Origin: an uncultured bacterium
GTDB lineage: Bacteria > Patescibacteriota > Minisyncoccia > Moranbacterales > GWC2-37-73
Assembly: GCA_903861715.1 (NCBI GenBank)
Contig: CAIOVI010000019.1
Span: 5,936 to 69,935 of the forward strand
DNA: 64,000 nucleotides
Direction of reading: 5' to 3'
This document shows positions 19,813 to 30,000 of this stretch, in pieces; position 1 is the stretch's first letter, and every line of letters begins with the position of its first letter. Under the pieces are notes generated by a model, which saw only the letters and a program-made list of their open reading frames with translations, did not search any database and was not told the DNA's origin. A program made the translations under genes and the position numbers.

Positions 19813-20405
19813 TGGAAATATTAAGCCATAAAATTGAAGAAATGGGTATAACCAAGAAGATAACGCTTAATAGTGAGAAAATTGAATATACCGTCCGCAA
19901 ACACCGAACCGCAAAAAGGCTTAAATTGGCCATTTATTGCGATGGAAATTGTGTGGTGACTTTGCCATGGCGAATGGGTTTTTGGAGTGCCGATGATTTC
20001 ATCAAGAAAAACGCCACTTGGGTTTTGGAAAAAATGAAGGCTATGAAGAAAATTGGCCGCAACAGTCTGTTTGCTCGCCATGACCATGTGGAATATCTCA
20101 AGCTCAAGGAGCATGCCCGCGAAATGGTGGCCAAGCGACTGGAGAAATTCAATGAGGTGTATGGTTTCAAATACAAAGGAGTTGCCATTCGTAATCAAAA
20201 AACCCGCTGGGGCAGTTGCTCATCCAAAGGCAATCTTAATTTCAACTACAAAATCCTGCTCCTGCCGCAACGTCACGCTGACTATATCATCGTGCACGAA
20301 CTTTGCCATCTGAAGGAATTTAATCATTCCAAGCGCTTTTGGAACCTCGTGGCTCAAACAATTCCAGAATATGAGAAGATTGTGGAACAACTGAGAATTT
20401 TATAA
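19809..20405 (+). CDS. DUF45/YgjP-like (SprT/WLM-type) zinc metallohydrolase
   Basis: HELCHLKEFNHSKRFW contains an HExxH motif. The gene overlaps the upstream gene by 4 nt (ATGA). Confidence 0.65.
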   Translation: MMEILSHKIEEMGITKKITLNSEKIEYTVRKHRTAKRLKLAIYCDGNCVVTLPWRMGFWSADDFIKKNATWVLEKMKAMKKIGRNSLFARHDHVEYLKLKEHAREMVAKRLEKFNEVYGFKYKGVAIRNQKTRWGSCSSKGNLNFNYKILLLPQRHADYIIVHELCHLKEFNHSKRFWNLVAQTIPEYEKIVEQLRIL

Positions 20406-20599
20406 AAATGCCAAACATAGTGATGGCATTTTTTTGTGCTATAATATAAAAGTAAACACTAAAAAATAAACATTATGCCCAGTAGTGAGAATTCGAAAAT
20501 TATTCACTGTGGCTGAAAGAGTTTAAGGGTTAGAAAATAATAATCTAATTTAAAATAAAAATTGTTTGAGCATGGCTCATTCGAATTTCTACTACTGGG

Positions 20600-21283
20600 A
20601 TGCGGAAAATATTTTTAGACATCGAAACTTTGCCGGCAGGCGAGGATAAGTTTGAAATTTTGCAAAAACTATATGACAAGAAAGTCGCCAAGCAAGGAAG
20701 CGAAAAAAGTGAAGGCGAAACTTTTGAAGATTTCGTCGGGGCGACCAATTTTGATGGCGCTTTCGGGCGCATTTTGTGCATCGGCTTTGCCATTGACGAT
20801 GGCGCGCCAGAAACGCTTTATCACGAAAACGATGAGCGCCAAACGCTGAAACGCTTTTGGGAAATTGTCGATTCCATCAGTTCGCCTTCACGGGGTGGCT
20901 ATGGCGGTCCAGATTATGGTGTGCAATTTGTTGGACACAACGTGATGGATTTTGATTTGCGTTTCATTTATCAACGCTCGATTGTGCTGGATGTTAAACC
21001 TGCCTACGAACTGAATTTTGCTCGCTATCGAAATTATCCAATCTTTGACACGATGCGGGAATGGTCCAAATGGAGCAGTGGGATGATTGGTTTGGAAAAG
21101 TTGGCGTTGGCCTTGGGCGTGCCTTCGCCAAAAGATGAAGGCATCGACGGCAGCCAAGTCGCTGAGTTTTTCGCCAACGGAAAGGTGAACGATATTTTAG
21201 AATATTGCAAACGCGACGTGCAGACGACCAGAGATGTCTATCGCAAAATGACTTTCGACAAACCCGCCAATAAACTTTTTTAA
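20600..21283 (+). CDS. RNase H-like DEDDy 3'-5' exonuclease (PolB-exonuclease-related family)
   Basis: Exo I FLDIET, Exo II FVGHNVMDFDLRF and Exo III YCKRDVQTT motifs. Confidence 0.6.
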   Translation: MRKIFLDIETLPAGEDKFEILQKLYDKKVAKQGSEKSEGETFEDFVGATNFDGAFGRILCIGFAIDDGAPETLYHENDERQTLKRFWEIVDSISSPSRGGYGGPDYGVQFVGHNVMDFDLRFIYQRSIVLDVKPAYELNFARYRNYPIFDTMREWSKWSSGMIGLEKLALALGVPSPKDEGIDGSQVAEFFANGKVNDILEYCKRDVQTTRDVYRKMTFDKPANKLF

Positions 21284-21296
21284 GCGTTAATTTTTT

Positions 21297-21335
21297 ATGG
21301 AGGCTCAACCTCCATAATGGAGGTTGAGCCTCCAT
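21297..21335. repeat. GGAGG-hairpin palindromic repeat (copy 1): atggaggctcaacctccat a atggaggttgagcctccat
   Basis: Perfect 19-bp inverted arms. Each arm is itself a ggagg/cctcc mini-hairpin. The element is flanked by a T-run and an A-run. Confidence 0.7.
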
Positions 21336-21344
21336 AAAAACACT

Positions 21345-21668
21345 ATGCAACAAATCAAAGAAAAAATTGTGACCCTCAAAGATAAAGGTGCGGAACTTGA
21401 AAGGGAAATTCGTGAAAAAACCTTGGGCTATATTCTCACCAGTTTTGGACTCGTCGCTGGCCTGGCTTGGAACGAAGCCATTAAAGCTTTCATTGAAAGA
21501 TTTTTCTCTGATTCAAGCGGCGGTCTGCTGGCTAAATTTCTCTACGCAATTGTTGTGACCATCGTGGTGGTGCTGATTTCACTTTATTTGACCAGACTTT
21601 TCAAGGTCGACAAAAAAGCCAAAGGCGTTGAAAAAGAGGAGGCAAAGACGGCGAAGAGAACGAAATAG
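21345..21668 (+). CDS. small membrane protein (coiled-coil N-terminus, one or two TM helices, Lys-rich tail)
   Basis: ORF with an ATG start, followed by a clean terminator. Confidence 0.4.
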   Translation: MQQIKEKIVTLKDKGAELEREIREKTLGYILTSFGLVAGLAWNEAIKAFIERFFSDSSGGLLAKFLYAIVVTIVVVLISLYLTRLFKVDKKAKGVEKEEAKTAKRTK

Positions 21669-21678
21669 TTTTTTACTG

Positions 21679-21709
21679 CCACACTACTTCATATGGTAGT
21701 GTTTTTTTG
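21679..21709 (+). terminator. rho-independent terminator
   Basis: acactac / gtagtgt stem followed by T7. Confidence 0.65.
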
Positions 21710-21896
21710 GGTTAAAAAAGTTTAATTTTTGAGAATAACTTGCGTATGGTGGATTGCTTGCATTTTGGGAAAAATTGGGCGATACTGAGCTATGAAATAT
21801 TGACTAGTTTTAGGAAGTTAATTTAATAGGTGGAAATAAGGCAAAGACTAAACTTTCAGAGCACTGAAGGTTCAGTTTTTTTGAAAAAAATTTTCC

Positions 21897-24800
21897 ATGG
21901 AACAAGGAATTTTCAGCAAGCAACAGCTCAAAGATGAACTCAGGCGAATGGTGGGAGCGACGGTATATTCGCGAGGGGTGAGTTATTATCGAGACGATTT
22001 GGTTGGGCAAATCACGTCGCAACTTTTGCAGGGAGGAAAAATAAAGCTCTCGGCTTTTGTGATGGGTTCTGATGAATATAAAACGACTGCAGTTTTTGAT
22101 TTTAGCAAAAATAGTTTCCAAAAATTCATTTGCAGTTGTCCCTATGATTGGGGAGATTGCAAGCACGCCGTGGCGTTGGCGCTCAAATTTTTGGATTTTT
22201 ATGCACAATTTCTGGAGGAAGAAAATATTGTTGAAAATGAAGGCGAAGATTTTGGAGGCAGTTTAGTTTTGTGGCTGAAAAAAATTGCACAAAACAAAAC
22301 ACAAAGCTGGGAAGATGCAGAATATTATGCGGATGAGGATGAGGAAATAGCTGAAGAATATGCGCCAAGAAGCAAAAGTAAAATCAAAATCAAAGATGCG
22401 GAAATTGTGACCTCAAAAAAACAAGAAAATAATGAAATTGCAGATTTGAAAGCTCGGCTCAAATCCATCGGCATTGATGCCGAAAATATTCCGGATTTTG
22501 TGTTGAAAGAACTTGAGAAAAAAGTCTCCGTTGGGAGTTTGCAGCTTGGCGTGCAAGCAGAATCGCTAGAAAAACCAAGGGTGGTGGAAAATCTCGGCGA
22601 GCGTTTTTTGCAAAAATATTGTTTGGTGCTGAAAACTGATTATCAATTCAAAATCGAATTACACGAGAAAAACAAGCCCAACGATAGTTATTGGATGGTT
22701 AATGCTGGCGAATTGTTGGGGCGTGAAAAAAATCAACTTACGGGAAAGCAGAAAGAATTATTGTCAGCCTTAAGTGATGTTAGTGCTTGGTATAATGATG
22801 ATGAGTCAAGTGACTATGGGAAAATTTTAAGCTTAGCGAAAGAAATAGGGGTTAGTATTTTTGCGAATAGCAAAGCTGCTAGCAGTCGGGTGACTTTCAG
22901 GGATGATGGATCCAAATTTAAAGCAAAATTATTTTTCAAAAAAGAATATGATTGGCAGGGCACAGAAAGAGTTGAGCAAGAAAAACTTTTGTTTGGTTTA
23001 GCTGGAGAATTTTTTTTGACCAAGCAAAATAGGATGTATTTGCGAGGGCAATATTTAATTGTGCTTGATAATTTTCAATTAGCAATAATTTCTTTGCCAG
23101 AAATTTTGGCTGGAGCTGTTGGGAAAATTATGAAAAGCATTAGTTATTATCAAAATTATTATTATCAGCCTAATGACAACGAGCTGCTGAATAGAGCTGA
23201 GACAATTTTGGAAGACACGGAAATAATTCGACTTAATGAATTTATCGAAAAAGTCAGGGAACTTTTTGAATTAGAAACTGATTTGTCTGCGAAATTTGAA
23301 ATTAAAGAATTTAAAAAGCTTGGACCTGCAATTATGGTCGACTATGACAATGCTAACCATTTTTTGCAATTGCGCGCCACGATGGATTATGGTTTTGCCA
23401 AGTTTGATGTGGCGCAAATAGTTTATAAATCAATGCGGGGTGGCAAACCAAGTTTTCAAAAAAGATATTTTTCCGGACGCGAAAAATATCACTTGGAAAT
23501 TGTGGGCGACAAAATCAATTATGCGAAAATGGCCTCCAAGGCTGAAATTGCCTTGTTTCGAAAATTTTCTCAAGAGGAGCAATTGGGTTTTTCGAAAACG
23601 GTGCATTGCGTGAAAAAAAGCGTCAAACAAATCGAAAAATTTCAAAGCGAAAATTGGACAAATGTGAAAGCCCTCGGTTACCCCTTGGAATATATTCATG
23701 ACAATTTTGATTTCGTGGAAGAAAACTTCAAAGTTGACTATGACGTTTCTTTTGACAAATCCAATGATTGGTTTGAATTTGATGTGGCTTGCTATTGTGG
23801 GGAAAATAACATCACCCTAGAAGATTTGCAAAAATATATTAAAGATAAACAACAATTTTTGAAATTAGCTGACGGTCGAATTTTAAAAATAACCAACCGT
23901 GCGGAATTGGAAAAATTCGTGCGGATGTTGGAAAGTTTTTATCAAAGAGAAGGCCAAAAATTTGAAGGCAAACTTTTTCACGCCCCAGAACTGGAAGATG
24001 TGCTAACAAGTTCACCGTATTATAGCGGGAAAATTGCCAAGAGTTTTAAGAATTTTATGGCTGAAGCGCAGAGTGGTAAGCCAGTAGAGAAAGTGGCAAT
24101 TCCTGCCAAAATTAAAAAACCTTTGCGCGACTATCAGAAAGATGGCATCAACTGGTTTTATTTTTTGCGCAAATATCGCTTTGGTGGAATTTTGGCTGAT
24201 GACATGGGGTTGGGCAAAACGTTGCAGGCCCTGAGTTTGATTGAAATGAACAAAATCAAAAAGAAACCTTCAATTGTGATTTGTCCGAAAACATTGCTTT
24301 TCAATTGGGAAGATGAAGCCATCAAATTTTTTCCAGCGATGAAAGTTTTGGTCATCAGTGGCGCACCGACCGAAAGACAAGCTCAACTTAAAACTTTGAA
24401 AAAAGTTGACTTGGTGATTACTTCCTATCCTTCAGTCAAAAAAGATCAACTTGAATACGATAAACTGAAATTCAATTATTGCTTTTTGGATGAGGCGCAA
24501 TATATCAAAAATCACAAAACCCAGAACGCTAAAGCCGTTAGAAAAATAAACGCCGACTATCGTTTGGCGCTCACGGGCACACCTTTGGAAAATTCTGTTT
24601 CAGAAATTTGGTCGCTGTTTGAATTTTTGATGCCAGGATTTTTGGGCACTCAGCACGCTTTTGCAGAAAAATTTGAAAGACCCATCATGAAAGAGGCAGA
24701 TAGCACAGCCTTGGAAGCTTTGCGCAAGAAAACAGCCTGCTTTGTGTTGCGTCGCACGAAGGAAAAAGTGCTGAAAGAATTGCCAGCGAAAATTCAACAA

Positions 24801-25511
24801 GTTTCGCATTGCCAACTTGGAAGCGAACAAAATATTTTGTATCAAGAAATTTTGAAGAATGTGAAAAATGATTTAGCCGAGGTGGTGGCGGAAAAAGGTT
24901 TTGCCAAATCGCAGATTCACATTTTGGCAGGGCTGACCAAGTTGCGTCAAGTTTGCAATCATCCAGTCTTGCTCCTGAAAGACAAAAATCACAAAAAATA
25001 TGCTTCCGCTAAATTGGAATTATTCTTGGAATTGGTTGGCGAAATTGTTTCGGCCGGCAGAAAAGTTTTGGTCTTCAGTCAATTCACGCAGATGCTGGAT
25101 ATTTTGGCCAAAGAATTAGAAGAGCAGGAAATTGGCTATCATTATCTGTCTGGCAAAACCAATAACCGCAAAGAATTGGTGCAAGATTTCAACAGCAATG
25201 AAAAAATCCCGGTCTTTTTAATAAGCTTAAAGGCTGGTGGCACGGGGCTTAATCTGACTTCGGCTGACAATGTGATCATCTTTGATCCTTGGTGGAATCC
25301 TAGCGTCGAAAATCAAGCCATTGATCGGGCTCATCGTATTGGTCAGAAAAATTCTGTCAATGTCTATCGCCTGATTGTCAAAGGCACGATTGAGGAAAAA
25401 ATCGTGGCCTTGCAAAACAAGAAAAAATCACTTTTCGACAATATGATCGGCGAAAGCAATGACCTTTTCAGGAAACTCACCTGGTCAGACGTGAAAGAAC
25501 TGTTCCAATAG
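21897..25511 (+). CDS. SNF2-family helicase with N-terminal SWIM zinc finger
   Basis: SWIM CxC...CxH motif (CSCPYDWGDCKHAVA). SNF2 ATPase motifs (LADDMGLGKT, DEAQYIKN, TGTPLEN) and helicase C motifs (QAIDRAHRIGQ). Confidence 0.85.
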   Translation: MEQGIFSKQQLKDELRRMVGATVYSRGVSYYRDDLVGQITSQLLQGGKIKLSAFVMGSDEYKTTAVFDFSKNSFQKFICSCPYDWGDCKHAVALALKFLDFYAQFLEEENIVENEGEDFGGSLVLWLKKIAQNKTQSWEDAEYYADEDEEIAEEYAPRSKSKIKIKDAEIVTSKKQENNEIADLKARLKSIGIDAENIPDFVLKELEKKVSVGSLQLGVQAESLEKPRVVENLGERFLQKYCLVLKTDYQFKIELHEKNKPNDSYWMVNAGELLGREKNQLTGKQKELLSALSDVSAWYNDDESSDYGKILSLAKEIGVSIFANSKAASSRVTFRDDGSKFKAKLFFKKEYDWQGTERVEQEKLLFGLAGEFFLTKQNRMYLRGQYLIVLDNFQLAIISLPEILAGAVGKIMKSISYYQNYYYQPNDNELLNRAETILEDTEIIRLNEFIEKVRELFELETDLSAKFEIKEFKKLGPAIMVDYDNANHFLQLRATMDYGFAKFDVAQIVYKSMRGGKPSFQKRYFSGREKYHLEIVGDKINYAKMASKAEIALFRKFSQEEQLGFSKTVHCVKKSVKQIEKFQSENWTNVKALGYPLEYIHDNFDFVEENFKVDYDVSFDKSNDWFEFDVACYCGENNITLEDLQKYIKDKQQFLKLADGRILKITNRAELEKFVRMLESFYQREGQKFEGKLFHAPELEDVLTSSPYYSGKIAKSFKNFMAEAQSGKPVEKVAIPAKIKKPLRDYQKDGINWFYFLRKYRFGGILADDMGLGKTLQALSLIEMNKIKKKPSIVICPKTLLFNWEDEAIKFFPAMKVLVISGAPTERQAQLKTLKKVDLVITSYPSVKKDQLEYDKLKFNYCFLDEAQYIKNHKTQNAKAVRKINADYRLALTGTPLENSVSEIWSLFEFLMPGFLGTQHAFAEKFERPIMKEADSTALEALRKKTACFVLRRTKEKVLKELPAKIQQVSHCQLGSEQNILYQEILKNVKNDLAEVVAEKGFAKSQIHILAGLTKLRQVCNHPVLLLKDKNHKKYASAKLELFLELVGEIVSAGRKVLVFSQFTQMLDILAKELEEQEIGYHYLSGKTNNRKELVQDFNSNEKIPVFLISLKAGGTGLNLTSADNVIIFDPWWNPSVENQAIDRAHRIGQKNSVNVYRLIVKGTIEEKIVALQNKKKSLFDNMIGESNDLFRKLTWSDVKELFQ

Positions 25512-25702
25512 TAAAATTGATATAGGAAAATTATTCTTTTCAAGCAGCAAAAATGGGAGCAGAGTGGGGATGCGGGTTAATTATGGTTGCTGCGTAGCAG
25601 GCTACGTAACAAACGTAGCAAAATTAAAATAACCCTTATTAGGTAACAGCGTGGTGTGATAAATTACCACATTATCAAAAGTAAAGCGCATTTTTCAAAT
25701 CT

Positions 25703-25742
25703 GACATTTACTTTGATACTCGAAAGTATCAAAGTAAATGTC
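25703..25742. promoter_or_regulatory. perfect 40-bp palindrome (18-bp arms around cgaa) 30 nt upstream of the SEC-C gene start
   Basis: gacatttactttgatact cgaa agtatcaaagtaaatgtc. A second, imperfect copy lies at 26373-26411. Confidence 0.6.
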
Positions 25743-25771
25743 ACCAAATTTAAATTCATAAAAGGAGCACC

Positions 25772-26314
25772 ATGAGCAACAAATTTAACAATCTGAAAGA
25801 AGAAGATTTGATCAAATTTTTGGATGAGGGAAGTTTAAAAGAGGATGAAATTGCTGATTTTATGCAGGCCATGCAGAACAGGGGGCTGGCAGGTTCGATT
25901 ATGCAGTTGGATGACCCAAATTCCAGAGAGGGAAAATCAACTATTGAATATGTGAGCTATCATGAGAAAATTCCGCGGGAATATTTTTTGGAAATGCCAG
26001 AAGGTGAAATCATCAAAGCGCAGAAAACTTTGCTTTCGCAGGATTCCCTGATTGAAGATAAGAAAGTGGCATTGCTGGTTCTGGCTCATGCGAAAAAAGA
26101 GGTGGCACGTGAAGCCTTGCAAAAATATTCTGAAAATCCAAATGAAAGTCTGCGAACTTGGGCAACTTTGGCCTTGCAAGAATGTGAAAGTTTTTTGGAG
26201 AAAAATGAAAATGAAAAACCAAAAATTCTTTTTCAAAAAATCAAAAGCACCAAGCGAAATGACCCTTGCCCATGTGGGTCTGGCAAGAAATTTAAAAAAT
26301 GTTGCTTGGAATAG
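25772..26314 (+). CDS. SEC-C motif protein (helical N-domain, C-terminal CPCGSGKKFKKCC metal-binding tail)
   Basis: Canonical SEC-C motif at the C-terminus. It shares an ALxECExFL helical block with the protein at 40777-41418. Confidence 0.6.
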   Translation: MSNKFNNLKEEDLIKFLDEGSLKEDEIADFMQAMQNRGLAGSIMQLDDPNSREGKSTIEYVSYHEKIPREYFLEMPEGEIIKAQKTLLSQDSLIEDKKVALLVLAHAKKEVAREALQKYSENPNESLRTWATLALQECESFLEKNENEKPKILFQKIKSTKRNDPCPCGSGKKFKKCCLE

Positions 26315-26372
26315 CCTTCAATTTTAATTATTCAGGTTAACAGCTGATCTAGCTTTTCTTTTTTCAAAAGTG

Positions 26373-26411
26373 GCAAACACTTTGATACTCGAAAGTATCA
26401 AAGCAAATGTC
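26373..26411. repeat. second copy of the tttgatactcgaaagtatcaaa palindrome (imperfect outer arms)
   Basis: Core of 24 bp identical to the copy at 25703-25742, followed by the same aaatgtcaccaaa. Confidence 0.6.
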
Positions 26412-26546
26412 ACCAAACTGAGGAAGCTTTTTGGAAAATTATTGTGTCTGAATTCACAGGTTAATATTTTTGGATTATTTTGAAATTGTGTGGTATAATA
26501 TCGATATCAGTTTTTCAACTTTTAAAGGGCTTGGCTTAAAACAAAA

Positions 26547-26969
26547 ATGAAAATTCTTGGCATTATTTTGGCCTCTCTTGCGTTTGCCGGCGTGATCATC
26601 TCACCGTTTTTTTGGTTGGGTTTTTTGCGGGCGAAAAGCGTGGGGCGATATTTGGTTGTGAGTTCAATTTTAACCTTACTATTTTTCTGGTTTTCTTTGA
26701 CATGGCTGTATGATTTTTTATTAAAGCCTGTAAATAGTTATGACGTCCTTTATTATTTTGATAACATATCTTTAGGATATTCATTTATGGTATTTTTTTT
26801 CATAATTATTTCTCCTTTGATTTTCATTAAAATTGTCCAACAAAAATTCACGCTGAAAAGTTTTGCGGGCGGGCTGCTTCTTTCTTTGGTCCTTTTCATT
26901 TCGATTTTCTTGTTTTGGGCGCTGGTGCTGTTGCCACAGGCTTTCAATCAATTGCACAATTATTTTTAG
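26547..26969 (+). CDS. small polytopic membrane protein
   Basis: 140 aa with four hydrophobic helices. Confidence 0.4.
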   Translation: MKILGIILASLAFAGVIISPFFWLGFLRAKSVGRYLVVSSILTLLFFWFSLTWLYDFLLKPVNSYDVLYYFDNISLGYSFMVFFFIIISPLIFIKIVQQKFTLKSFAGGLLLSLVLFISIFLFWALVLLPQAFNQLHNYF

Positions 26970-27060
26970 TTTCTGATCTTAAGCTAACTGCACCTAAAGA
27001 GGCTAAGCCTCTGAGTAATAATTATTTTTTGTTTTCAAAAAGAGGGGGAGCGCATTAGAT

Positions 27061-30000
27061 ATGCGAAAGAAAATTTTTCCAGGACTTCACTTGGGAATTG
27101 CAATGCTCGTTTGGATTTTTTGGGGCGTCAAAGTGGCGCAGGCTTTGGTTTTGGTGACCAATGATGTCATTGTGCCAACAACTTGGACAAAGGCCAATAG
27201 CCCTTATGTCATTCAAAATTTCATTGAAATCAAAGCACCGCTGGTCATTGAAGCTGGCACCGTGATCAAATTTCAAAATTTTGAAAGTGATGGCGGACCG
27301 ACAGTGCCCGGCCTGGGCATTCAAAGTGCTTTCACGGCTGTGGGCAGTCCTTTGGAAAAGATTGTGTTCACAAGTGCCTGTGACTCTAATTATGGTGGGG
27401 ACACGCAGCAAGATTGTTCCTCCAAAATGCCTAGTCGCAGCGGAAGTTGGGATAGCCTCAGGGTTTGGGTCGGATTTGGTCAGCCAGTTTTGATTGAATA
27501 TGTCAAAATTTTGAATGCTAGCAATGGCGTAACTTATGTAAATTCTCAGTGCAATTTTTCCTATCGGGATTTGACGGTCAGAAACACCGAAATCAGTTTT
27601 GCTTCTTCTGCTGGAATAGCGCTTCAATGCGTTCAGCCAATTTTGGACAGCTTGAAGCTAACGTTTAATTACGACGGGATTTATGTTAGTAACTCGGTTT
27701 ATAATTACACGCCGAAAATTAGAAATAGCATCCTTAGCGACAACCGGAATGCTGGCGTAGAGGCATATCGGTACACTTACTTTGATGCCAGATATAATTA
27801 TTGGGGAGATGCTAGTGGGCCATATTATGGTTATGATAATCAAGGCAACACAGAGGGCCCCAATAAAAGCGGTTCGGGCAATCGTATTGTTGGAACCAGT
27901 GTGCTGTTTCGACCTTGGGACAAAAGCGATCCAACCATTCCGAAAAAACCAGTGATTTTCATTCCCGGCATTGGCGCTTCCATCAACCCAGATTTGATGA
28001 TTGGTGGAGTTTTCGCTGACAATTGGACGATGTTTGATCACACCTATGACGGCATCCTCAAAGCTTTCAAGGTCATGGGTTATCAAGAAGGCAAGAATTT
28101 TTTCATTGCCTATTATGACTGGCGTCAAGGCAACGGCGAGTCAGCGGAAAAATATCTCAAGCCCCTCATCAAAAAAGCGCTGACACTGAATGATGTGACG
28201 CAGGTGAACCTCGTGACTCATTCCATGGGATCGTTGGTGGCGCGCAGCTATGTGCAAAGTTCCAGCTATGCCAACAACGTGGACAATTTGATTATGATTG
28301 CGCCACCCAATCGAGGTTCTTCAGATGTTTATACTTTGTGGGAAGGCGGTTATATTCCAAAAAATTGGAGTAGTAGAACAGCCATGGTTTATTATCTTGC
28401 ATATTTGCAGTTAATAAATTTAGAAACTAGTAGATATAATATTATTCATAAATATATTCCTTCCCTCAAAGATTTGCTGCCAGTTTATGATTTTCTTTTT
28501 CCAACTGGCAAGGCAGACGAACTCAAAAATTTTTTTGACATGCAAGAGCGGAATGATTTTTTGCTGGATTTGAATAAGTCGGTTGCTGGCTTGAAAACCA
28601 AAACTGATTTGAGCATCATTTTGGGCGACAAACAGCCGACTGTGAGCAAAATTCCATTTGTTGATTCTGATCAAGCGGGGCTTTGGTTGGATGGCAAGCC
28701 GAGTCCGCTCGATCCAGTGCGAGATGATGCCAGCGGTGATGGCGAAGTGCTGAGATTATCTGGTGACATTCCCAGCAATTTTTGGGCAGTGCTGAACTAT
28801 GACCACAGTGCAATTGTCAGCAAATCGGAGAAAATTGTGGCTGATCTGCTGGGCGAAACTTTGACTGACACTTTCGATTCACCAGAAATTAAAGATGAAA
28901 TTATTTTTTGGACCGATGCACCAGGAGATTTGAAAGTATCTGACCCAGATGGAGCCTCGGCGCCCAAGGATAACAATGAAGACACTGATGTCCGCTATGC
29001 GCAGGAGGAAGGCAAGGATGGTTTCAAAATCGTGTCAGTGCCGAATGTGAAAAATGGGCAATATCACGTTGAGCTTCAAGGTCATGAAAATGGGAACTAT
29101 CATTTAGCAACTGAATATGTCGATCACAAAAACGAAAATCAGCAAGAGGCAGTTCAAGTCGTTCAGACTCAGAAAGATCAAACGCAAAATTTTGTGGTGA
29201 CAGTTGATCCGAAAAATCCAGTCACGCCAATTCAAGATGTTCAATTGCAAGATGAAATTGCGCCAACCATCACATTGCAAGCTCCCGAGGATGGCAAGGC
29301 ATATGCCAATGATCAAATTTTGCCAATTGTTTTTTCAGTTTCGGATAATGTTTCCAAAGAAGAAGATCTTGTGGTTGAAAAATATCTGGATGATGACAGT
29401 CAGCTGTTTGAGGCGGACTCGATTGATTTTGCAAAGCTTGCGCTGGGCCAGCATGTTTTTTGGATCAATGTTTATGATGAGGCAGGGAACTACAACTCCG
29501 TCGGAGTGTCGTTTGAAGTCAAGCAAGCTGAAACTCCAAGCAATCCGCCGGCAGACAATGGCAGTGGCAATCAAGACCAGACTGGTGGAAGTGGCGGCGC
29601 TGGCGGCGGAAATCAAAACAATGGAAATACTGATCCAGATTCAGGTTCTAATTCAAATGGTGGCTCTAATTCTAATTCTAATTCTAATTCTAATTCAGGC
29701 AGCCAGCCAGTGACGGAAGCTGTAGTTGCGCCAACCCAGTCAGCGGCGGCTCAGGAAAATTCTGGTTCAAATCGAAAAAAAACAGCCAGCCACAAAAAGA
29801 AAAAACAAATCAAAACAATTTCAACAACAACGAAATTTATTGAAGGTGGTGGCGTGACAAAATCCAGTGAGCCAATAAAAGTGCTTTTCAGTTCAAATTT
29901 TAATTTGTCGAAAAATTCTGAAGAGCAGCAGAATTTGTTTTATCAAGTCCTGGAAGAAAATCTCAAAGGGCAGTTGCTAGCTATGGAGGAAAATCCAATT

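Noticed and set aside
21863-21882. Separate terminator call for the hairpin just upstream of the SNF2 gene
   Set aside because: A strong terminator already lies at 21679-21709. This hairpin is too close to the start codon to be a plain terminator, so it is mentioned only as a possible attenuator in a finding.
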